Source of the DNA: a virus
Strand: one strand, 5' to 3'
Virus record (IMG/VR): IMGVR_UViG_3300029267_003532
Location: 15,956 to 79,955 of that record
DNA: 64,000 bases
In this document: positions 56,979 to 64,000 of the stretch, piece after piece
Layout of the letters: each line of letters starts with the position of its first letter
How positions within the stretch are numbered: position 1 is the stretch's first letter
The notes under the pieces: generated by a model
The model's input: the letters and a program-made list of their open reading frames with translations, nothing else
What the model was told of the DNA's origin: nothing
Databases searched by the model: none
Translations under genes and position numbers: made by a program

Positions 56979-58630
56979 CAGCCGGCTTCCTCCTGGGCGC
57001 CGACCTCGACCGTCTCTAGCTCGTCGAGCTCGGGCATCTCATCCAGCATTCGCATCACCCGCGCGATGTCCGCGTCAGTAATGACCGCCGCGTCGTCGGC
57101 ATCGTTCGGCAGCGGATCGCGCAACATACGCTCCAACACCTCGCGCGAGGGATTTCTATCTGAGTCATAGTTGGGCGTCGCGGGCGGGGCTACCTGCTGC
57201 GCGGCCACGGCTGCCCTCACCGGCGTACCATCGCCGGCCGGCAGTTGCTCTTGCGTTTCCTCTGACATAGGATCACTCTCCGATCTGGCCGGCGCGCTCT
57301 CATAGACCGGCACGCCGAGGTGATGGGCCAGCCGGCCCGGATCGATCATCGTCGCCGCTTCGCTGTCCATCCGCTGCGCCAGAACCTGAAGCAGCGCGAA
57401 CAGCTCGCCGCGGTCGTACTCATTGAGGCCCGTCGTCACCTTTTCAACCCGCGCCGCGTCTGGCCCCCAGTTTACGTCGACCAGATAAGGAAACACGTAC
57501 TCGTTGAGGTGCATGTCGATGTCAGTCGCGTCCTCGATGATCAGGTCGACGGCCAACTTGCCCAGCACGTCACTCGTCGTCGGCCCGCCGAGGCTCGACT
57601 GCTGCACCTGCTGATAGAGCTGGAGGGGAATAAACATCCCCATGGCCTTGCGACTGTCACAATGATCCGTGAGACCGAGGAAAGCCGCGACATTCTCGCC
57701 ACTCTCCAGTAGCCTGACCGCCCACTTGCGAATCGCAGTCAGCTTGTCCAGCCCAGAAGCGTCGTCGTAGGCGCTATACACCGTGCTGGGCATCGCAATC
57801 GTCGCCCCGGCTCGAATGTCGTTGCCAATCGAAATCGCCGTATCGCTCAGATCGTTTCCGTCGCCATCCTTGCCCTCTGGATGCAACACCTCGACAGCGC
57901 GATCGACGAATTTCTGCACGTGGACCACAAGCTGATCGTAGCTGAACTCACCCATCCACCAGGCCTTATACGCATTACTCAACCGACCCACGCCGCTGTA
58001 TTTCCCGAACGCTTTTGCGCGGCCAATTGTCAGCCAGAGCGCATACACGCGATCCACTTTACCTTTGCTGTGGTGAAAGCCGATAAACTCGCCGGCCTCG
58101 CTGAATTCTGGATACGCCTCGACCGGGCTGACCTGATCGAAACCGGCGCAGATGAGAGGAATGGTCGCACGCCGCCACACAGGCGAAGCATCGGGGGCGA
58201 GGGGACGAGGCACGTCGAACCGCAGCTTTTTGATCAATCCGACACACCCTAGCGCCACGCCCATCGCAGCCTGGAGCATAAACTCGCGGTGAAACGCGCC
58301 ATACATCGCCTGGAAACACGCGCGAATCTCGGGGTCCGCACACTGTATCTCGTACTCGGCCTTGACCAACTTGCTGGCAATGTATGCCACGGAAAGCGCG
58401 ATCACGGGGTCGTCGAGCATCTTGAGCTTGGTCGCCATGCTCACCCGGCTGCCCTGGGTCAACTGACCATAGCGAGTGGTTGGATCACCGAGCAACTCGT
58501 ACATTGCACCCCACGTCGTGGTATAGCTGGGTCGCGATGTCTGAGGCGTCTCTGCGGCCACCTGGCCCGCCGGCGTCTTGCCGATCTTGGCGATAGGCGA
58601 CATTCCACTCGCGCTTTTTTCCTGGCTCAT
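56978..58630 (-). CDS. Portal protein (DUF935/Mu-like)
   Basis: 550 aa directly after the terminase; MLDDPVI, GRLSNAYKAW, LVDVNWG. Confidence 0.8.
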   Translation of the reverse strand: MSQEKSASGMSPIAKIGKTPAGQVAAETPQTSRPSYTTTWGAMYELLGDPTTRYGQLTQGSRVSMATKLKMLDDPVIALSVAYIASKLVKAEYEIQCADPEIRACFQAMYGAFHREFMLQAAMGVALGCVGLIKKLRFDVPRPLAPDASPVWRRATIPLICAGFDQVSPVEAYPEFSEAGEFIGFHHSKGKVDRVYALWLTIGRAKAFGKYSGVGRLSNAYKAWWMGEFSYDQLVVHVQKFVDRAVEVLHPEGKDGDGNDLSDTAISIGNDIRAGATIAMPSTVYSAYDDASGLDKLTAIRKWAVRLLESGENVAAFLGLTDHCDSRKAMGMFIPLQLYQQVQQSSLGGPTTSDVLGKLAVDLIIEDATDIDMHLNEYVFPYLVDVNWGPDAARVEKVTTGLNEYDRGELFALLQVLAQRMDSEAATMIDPGRLAHHLGVPVYESAPARSESDPMSEETQEQLPAGDGTPVRAAVAAQQVAPPATPNYDSDRNPSREVLERMLRDPLPNDADDAAVITDADIARVMRMLDEMPELDELETVEVGAQEEAG

Positions 58631-60361
58631 AATCGACCTCTATATCTGTGTTTCGCACTCGACTTGGGCACCGAGATACCCGTTTCTGCCTCATCCGGCC
58701 TGCGTAGCGTTTTCAACCGCTCCAGCGCCGCTTCTACATAGACATCGCTGTGATCATAGTGATCCGGCTTGCCTGTCCGAGGAAAGTGATAGAACACCGT
58801 CCCATCCGACTTGACCCCGCGCGCCTTCAGATTGACCGTCATCTGCTCGACCAGGCTGTCGACCGCCTCGAAATCCCTCGGCAAAATGTCGAGCTGGCCT
58901 TCGATGTTGCCGTGCGCCCGATCCAATCCGCTCGTACGCTCGACCCTGACTCGCTGCCGGCGAACGTCGAACTGGCACCACTCCGCGCCGGCGATCTCTT
59001 CGACATAGGTCGCCAGAAACACGCGCCCTCGATGCCTGCGCGCGAACGCCACGTCGGCCACCAGCTCTGGCCCATCGTCGACCACGCATACACCCACATT
59101 ATACCGGGCCATCAGTCGGTCGAGATCTTCCCACTGCACCATCTCGCCGATGAACACAGAGCGCCGTCGTCCGTCTGGCAACAACTCCTTGATCCACACG
59201 TGTAGCGTCCGACCAACGTCCACGCCCATCGCCGACCAGGGCGATGTCTGCGTGTCCGAGAGCAAATGCTCGCCGGCGCACGCGAGCATCAGCTCGAGGT
59301 TCAGCCGCGAACCCTTGGGCTCGTAGGGCTGCCCCATATCGTTGTTCCAAAAGGCCAGAATGTCAGCCTCTTGTGTCGACTGGGAGCGCAGCCACATCGC
59401 GACCAGGTCCGCGCGCGGGCTGATCAGTCTAGGCACCCAATACCCCACGGTCGTGCTCTCTGGGTTCTGCGCCACGAACCGAAGTCGGCCCTCTTGCCAC
59501 GCCGAGCTGCGATCGATAGCGACTCCGCATCCTGCATGTGGACACCATACTGCGACCGCGCCGTCTCGCTCGGCCACCAGGCCCCACGTCAGCAGACTCT
59601 CGTTGCCGCATGCCTGGCACCGGATCACCGGCTCGCGCTGATCGCTCTCCTGGTACACGGCATCGATGCCCACCCCCGGGTACGTCGGCGTGCTCAGTCC
59701 CAGCTTGATCTTGAATCGGCTGTCTCCGAGCCGGTCGTAGATTAGCGGGATCGCCGCCGGGGGAATGCGATCCCACTCGTCAATGATCGCAATGCGCAGC
59801 TTTGTCCGGGCGACCTTGCGGGATGTGTGTCCCGCGCAGGTAGAGAGCGCCGCGTTGGAACGTCTTGAGACCAACGTTGTCCGTGTCGCCGGCAGTCTTG
59901 CGCAACCGGGGGCTATGCGCGATCGCTGGGTCTACGCGCGTGTGCGCAAAGTCGCCGGCGATCCCCGATCCGGGAGGAAGCGCATAGAACACATTCAAGC
60001 CAAACTCGTCGATGCCATAGAACCCGACGTTCAGCGCGAACTCTGTCGCGCCTACCTGTGACGATTTGCGCAAGACGAACAATGGTGCGACGCACGTGCC
60101 GGCGTAGGCATCCAGTAGGACTGTTCCTATGTCATTGTAAAGGGGCATCAGCCAGGGATACTCGGCCAGGCTGAACGGGCTGTATTCCCGTGTTCGTCTA
60201 TTCTGTATGACTCGGTGCTGCTCCACCCACTGAAGAAACGTTTTCGTCGGCGGTCGAGTCGTCTGCTCTGGGGACAGGATCAGCGCCGAGATCTCGTCTT
60301 TCTCTTGCTCGGTCAAGTACTGCCACAAGTTGCGCAAGTCGCTGCTCGTCGGTAAGGCCAT
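58627..60361 (-). pseudogene. Terminase large subunit (lambda gpA-like), frameshifted near 59780-59800
   Basis: Walker A KSSQVGATE in 59780..60361; Walker B IIDEWD, STPT, CQAC, GVDVG and DHYDH in 58627..59874, a different frame. Confidence 0.85.
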
Positions 60362-60779
60362 CTGCTATCACGATCTCTCCATCTTTACCCGTACCCTCGA
60401 CCGTATGTCGCATCGGCTTTTCGGTGCCCAGCAGCTTGGCCTCCAGCGCCATGTTGAGCCGGACTTCGGTCCAATCCTTCTCTCCCCAAGCCGCTCGCCG
60501 TGCCTCCCGCAATTCGGCCACTTGCCGGCCGCACAACGCATTTGTGTCATCAATAGCCATCTGCTGCCACTGCTTACGCAACGCCGTCAAGTCACGACTC
60601 AACGTCGACTTGTCGTACGGCTTGCCGTTGGCTGGATTGACCAGCCCTGCTCCGTGAGGTGATGGCAGAGGCAACCGCTCCTCGATCTCGTGCAGCGTGA
60701 GCCCACGCAGATACAACCGCGCGACCCACAGCCGACGGTATTCAATTCTGGCTTTGTCGCTTGTCGTCCAGCGGGCCAC
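60198..60779 (-). CDS. Terminase small subunit
   Basis: HTH (LYLRGLTLHEI...STLSRDL), AKLLG, GKDG; upstream of terL. Confidence 0.75.
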   Translation of the reverse strand: MARWTTSDKARIEYRRLWVARLYLRGLTLHEIEERLPLPSPHGAGLVNPANGKPYDKSTLSRDLTALRKQWQQMAIDDTNALCGRQVAELREARRAAWGEKDWTEVRLNMALEAKLLGTEKPMRHTVEGTGKDGEIVIADGLTDEQRLAQLVAVLDRARERRDLGADPVPRADDSTADENVSSVGGAAPSHTE

Positions 60780-60911
60780 TATTGCACTCCATGCGATGCA
60801 ATCTTAAATCTGTGCCAGATTTCAAACTGAGCCTTGACTTCCGGCCAACACAGAGCTATGATGCAGTCAGAAACAAACAATAACACGAATGACACAATCG
60901 GAGACAGTACA

Positions 60912-61160
60912 ATGCACATCGAACCATTTAGCCCCGACTGGAATGCTCGCGAACAAGCCTGGGCCAACGAATGCAACGCCAACTTTGAAGCCGCCGCTGA
61001 CGAACTAGTCGCCCAAGGCTACACGCGCCAAGATCACGACCGCCGACACTACCCCTCGACCTTTCACAAAGACGGCGAGACCCAAGTTTTGGTCAGAGAC
61101 TTGGGCTCCAGCAAATGGCGCGCGCGTACATACAGCACCAGCACGATGCACCACCTATAG
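60912..61160 (+). CDS. Counter-oriented small hypothetical protein with its own promoter
   Basis: TTGACT-N17-TATGAT at 60834-60862; GGAG RBS. Confidence 0.55.
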   Translation: MHIEPFSPDWNAREQAWANECNANFEAAADELVAQGYTRQDHDRRHYPSTFHKDGETQVLVRDLGSSKWRARTYSTSTMHHL

Positions 61161-62519
61161 AGCCGCATTGCCATCGACCAAGACAGGCTCCAAACCGAGT
61201 CCAACGAGACGCTCCAAGATCACTGCCACATAAGTCGGCGAGATCTCCATACCGTACACAATCCGGCCTGTTTGCTCTCCAGCCACGTGCTGGCTACCAC
61301 TCCCCGAAAAGGGCTCGTAACACAGATCACCCAGCTTGCAGTGCTGCTCCATAGGAGTAGCGAACACCTCCACCGGCTTTGACGTTGGGTGTAACGTAGT
61401 TGTACCAGGCGAGATGGTCGGAATTTCCCACACACTGCGCGGATAATCGTCGGACACCCGAGGCGGCTTCTTCCCCTTGACCCAGCCAAAGAAGCACGGC
61501 TCGTGCTGCCACAAGTACCAGGACCTGGTCAAGACGGGACGGTCCTTGACCCAGACAATTTGCTGATGTACAAACGCGCCGAACTCAGTCCAGACGCCCT
61601 CCAGCATCGCCTGGTTCCTGGATGCGTGCCAGCAGTACCAGGCTGCGTTGGGCTCGATTGCGTGCTCGATTGCGCAGCGGATAAAGCCGCGATATAGCTC
61701 ACCGTCCGGCGCACCTTCGTCCCAATGCACACCGTAGGACTCAGACCAGTCCTTATTCTTGTCCGGCTGGTTCCACTTGTGCGGATGGTTGCTGCCGTCG
61801 TATCCAACCAGGTAGGGCGGATCTGTAGCAAAGAGGATCGCGCGCTCGCCGCCCATCAGCCTAGCGACGTCGTCGGGGCTCGTACTGTCGCCGCACATCA
61901 GGCGGTGGCATTTCCCTGGCACGCGCTTGCTCGGGATATCCCAAATCTGCCCCTGCGCCGTCCCCCACTTTTCTTGGAGTTCGGCTGCTTGATCGATCTG
62001 CGGCCCAGGATCGGGGAGCGGCGACTCACCGCCTGCAACCAACGCGCCCCACTCGTCGCCCAGGCTAATCGGTATCTCGCCGGCCTCGGCCAGGCCCTGC
62101 AGCACATCATCGATGCCTTCGTTCCAGAGGCTCATCATCTCTGTGAGCCCGAGGGGGCTGCCGCCAAGCGTCAGGTTGTTGTGGTCAATGCCGTAGGCTT
62201 GGGCTGCGGCTTCGGAAGAGGCATCCACGCCGAATAGGACAGGCACGGCCCACCGGCCGTCTTCAAGAGCCTCGACGCCGCGCGGCGGAGGGATGTCATT
62301 CTCGCGCATCAACGCCAGGGCCTGAAATCGCCCATTCCCCTCGACGATGCCGCCCTGGCCGCCGTTTAGCGCCGGCTCGAATTTCGGCGGGTCTTTGAAC
62401 CCGTGCCGCGTGATAGACTCACTCAGCGCGTCGAGATCGTGCCGTTTCGGGTTCTCTTCCCACAGCAGCGCAGTGTCGAGAGGTACGTATTCCAGTCGCA
62501 GGCGTTCGGTGTCAGTCAA
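61155..62519 (-). CDS. ParB-like N-terminal domain plus DNA amino-methyltransferase
   Basis: NPKRHD...GIVEGNGR; CGDST, TDPPY, HPTSKP, EPFSGSGS. Confidence 0.9.
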   Translation of the reverse strand: MTDTERLRLEYVPLDTALLWEENPKRHDLDALSESITRHGFKDPPKFEPALNGGQGGIVEGNGRFQALALMRENDIPPPRGVEALEDGRWAVPVLFGVDASSEAAAQAYGIDHNNLTLGGSPLGLTEMMSLWNEGIDDVLQGLAEAGEIPISLGDEWGALVAGGESPLPDPGPQIDQAAELQEKWGTAQGQIWDIPSKRVPGKCHRLMCGDSTSPDDVARLMGGERAILFATDPPYLVGYDGSNHPHKWNQPDKNKDWSESYGVHWDEGAPDGELYRGFIRCAIEHAIEPNAAWYCWHASRNQAMLEGVWTEFGAFVHQQIVWVKDRPVLTRSWYLWQHEPCFFGWVKGKKPPRVSDDYPRSVWEIPTISPGTTTLHPTSKPVEVFATPMEQHCKLGDLCYEPFSGSGSQHVAGEQTGRIVYGMEISPTYVAVILERLVGLGLEPVLVDGNAAL

Positions 62520-62619
62520 TGTGGACTTGGCTCCCTATTACGGTTAGGATCATAATCTGAATGGTTCAGAACGCATCTAGCCCGGCTCTATCTGACCGGG
62601 CTAGACCTTGGATCACCAA

Positions 62620-63135
62620 CTAGACGCTTTTGCGCGTTCGCGTCACGCTCATCTTGACCTGGATCTGCACGCCGGCCATCTGTCGCCAGCGCTCGACCAC
62701 GAATCGGACGAACACGTCCTCGGGGACAAGGGCCAACGGCGAGCCTTCGATGAACTCTCCATAGACTTGCCGAGCTGCGTCCTCGACCTCGGATTGCGGA
62801 ATCTCGCGCAGCCTCTTGCCGGTCTCGTCCTTTAGCGCGCCGAGCACCCAGTCGACAAAGCCCAGCACCTGATCGAATAACTCGTCGTCTGTATCCCCTC
62901 GGCGCTTCAGCCACATACGGAACGCCCAGGTCACAATAGCCAGGACAATCACAGCGAGCAAGAGAATCCAGAACCACGACGCGGATGGGTCGAGACCCTG
63001 GGCGCTCACACCAGTGCGGGTTTGGCCCAACGCCAGGATACCGCCTGCGCCGCTGAGGATGGTGAGAATGAAAGAGAGGATTTCGATCAGAACGGTCAAC
63101 CACGGTGGACGGGAACCAGAATCCAAAGCGTACAT
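62620..63135 (-). CDS. Holin-like two-TM membrane protein, first gene of the late operon
   Basis: Two TM helices and a charged C-terminus; AGGAGG RBS. Confidence 0.55.
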   Translation of the reverse strand: MYALDSGSRPPWLTVLIEILSFILTILSGAGGILALGQTRTGVSAQGLDPSASWFWILLLAVIVLAIVTWAFRMWLKRRGDTDDELFDQVLGFVDWVLGALKDETGKRLREIPQSEVEDAARQVYGEFIEGSPLALVPEDVFVRFVVERWRQMAGVQIQVKMSVTRTRKSV

Positions 63136-63189
63136 GCCTACCTCCTAGTGCCCCCCCAACCATTAAAGCTGACAGAAAATGTCAGCTTT

Positions 63190-63219
63190 ATTATACCAAA
63201 TGGTATAGATTCAAGTCAA
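63190..63219 (-). promoter_or_regulatory. Late promoter 1 with palindromic operator
   Basis: TTGACT-N18-TATAAT, extended -10, TATACC-N4-GGTATA. Confidence 0.8.
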
Positions 63220-63227
63220 GGGAAATT

Positions 63228-63394
63228 AGAACAGATTTTCTAATTTGGAAGAGAAATGAGAGGAAAACACACCACCCACGACTGGGGGGGGAGGCCGTGG
63301 GTGGTGTCGCCCTTGCCGGTCCGGCCGGCTCAGACTGTGATCAGTATAGCACAAACGTTCTGTGGAAGTCAAGCTCGAACAGAACAGATTTTCT
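63228..63394. promoter_or_regulatory. Three LexA/SOS-box-like sites
   Basis: AGAAC-AGAT-TTTCT (63228 and 63381), AGCAC-AAAC-GTTCT (63348). Confidence 0.6.
63262..63336 (-). ncRNA. Putative ~75-nt sRNA with C-rich loop
   Basis: Promoter TTGACT-N18-TATACT (63372-63343); 12-bp stem 63269-63280/63296-63307 followed by GTTTT. Confidence 0.5.
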
Positions 63395-63451
63395 ATTCCG
63401 AGTAGCGGGGTTAGGGGAAGGCCGCTCTCTCCGGGCGGCCTTCTTCGTGAT

Positions 63452-63480
63452 TTGACAGGGGATCGCTATCGTGGTATTAT
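63452..63480 (+). promoter_or_regulatory. sigma70 promoter for the excisionase-like gene
   Basis: TTGACA-N17-TATTAT, extended -10. Confidence 0.65.
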
Positions 63481-63517
63481 ATCTCTGTAATCTCCGTTTT
63501 TACAGAAAGGGGGCCTC

Positions 63518-63733
63518 GTGAGCGATGAACGTCTCTGGTCGGTGGGGGATCTGGCCGAGCACTTTAACGTCCACTCCACTACCGTGCAGGGCTGGATTCG
63601 CGCAGGGCATTTTCCTGGCGCATACAAAAAAGGCCCAGGCCGAACAAGCGCCTTCGTCGTTCCAGACTCCGCTGTGCAAGAATTTGAGCGCAAGCTCAAG
63701 GAGAGTCAGGCCGCGCCATCCACAAAGAGCTAG
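63518..63733 (+). CDS. Excisionase-like HTH (HTH_17/MerR-like) protein
   Basis: SVGDLAEHFNVHSTTVQGWIRAGHFPGA; adjacent to the att site. Confidence 0.75.
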   Translation: MSDERLWSVGDLAEHFNVHSTTVQGWIRAGHFPGAYKKGPGRTSAFVVPDSAVQEFERKLKESQAAPSTKS

Positions 63734-63740
63734 AATCGCC

Positions 63741-63780
63741 AAAAAGAAGAGGGCCGTCAGTGCTGCAACACTGACGGCCC
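63741..63780 (-). terminator. Terminator downstream of the tRNA fragment
   Basis: GGGCCGTCAGTG/CACTGACGGCCC 12-bp stem with a T-rich tail on the minus strand. Confidence 0.7.
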
Positions 63781-63854
63781 CAATCAAGACGCCCAAGGTT
63801 CCCTCGGAGAGAACTTGTACCTTAACAATTAAATTGTAAAGGCTCTTTTGCGTC

Positions 63855-63899
63855 TAGTGAGCCACATAGGACTCGAACCTATAACCCGCTGATTAAGAG
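63855..63899 (-). mobile_element. att core: 3' half of tRNA-Lys(CTT)
   Basis: CTCTTAA anticodon loop, TCAGC, T-arm ATAGG-TTCGAGT-CCTAT, acceptor 3' strand GTGGCTC-A; the 5' half is absent in the remaining 100 nt. Confidence 0.8.
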
Positions 63900-64000
63900 C
63901 AACCAGGTGACGTGGTGATACGTATCAACGGGTCATAGCATCCGACAACTGTCGTACCGGACTCAACTCGAAATGCCGATCCCAAACCTCATCATTCCGA

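Noticed and set aside
60779-60982. 67-aa minus-strand ORF upstream of terS
   Set aside because: No convincing RBS, and it overlaps the promoter and 5' end of the better-supported + strand gene.
3675-62562. The 19-bp motif as a CRISPR repeat or dif site
   Set aside because: Copies are dispersed over kilobases with no spacers or cas genes, and there is no XerD arm (TTATGTTAAAT).
63855-63899. Complete tRNA-Lys gene
   Set aside because: The 5' acceptor strand, D-arm and 5' anticodon stem are missing.

Overview
The window is almost entirely one temperate, siphovirus-like tailed phage genome. It is GC-rich. Pro/Thr-rich lipoproteins and Gram-positive-type SOS boxes suggest a Chloroflexota/Anaerolineae-like host (inference). 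The left arm has a lipoprotein and an XRE repressor transcribed leftward. Divergently, a rightward early region (2.3-17.7 kb) opens with a phage sigma factor and holds an NrdG-like radical SAM protein, a WGR protein, a Ycf46-like AAA+ ATPase with DUF1257- and DUF2997-like partners, RusA, ASCH and two DNA methyltransferases. A ~45-kb leftward late region (63.1 to 17.8 kb) runs: holin-like gene, ParB-methylase, terminase (large subunit frameshifted), portal, minor head, a ~9-kb glycosyltransferase/methyltransferase/aminotransferase/sulfotransferase cluster, protease, decoration and major capsid proteins, tail genes with a -1 chaperone frameshift, tape measure, a second glyco-enzyme cluster and a terminal glycoside-hydrolase-like gene. 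At the right end are an excisionase-like HTH gene and the 3' half of tRNA-Lys(CTT) in an attP-like configuration. No integrase, helicase or polymerase is visible. The strongest candidates for undescribed biology are: (1) an AAA+ module defined by four identically spaced non-sigma70 promoters, a structured RNA leader and a shared C-terminal SRAxxL[E/D]L tag on three unrelated proteins; (2) a two-locus virion glycosylation/sulfation system; (3) a genome-wide oriented 19-bp motif; (4) a late-gene control circuit with palindromic promoters, an attenuator, LexA-like boxes and a C-rich sRNA. All family assignments are from motif recognition by eye, not from database searches.
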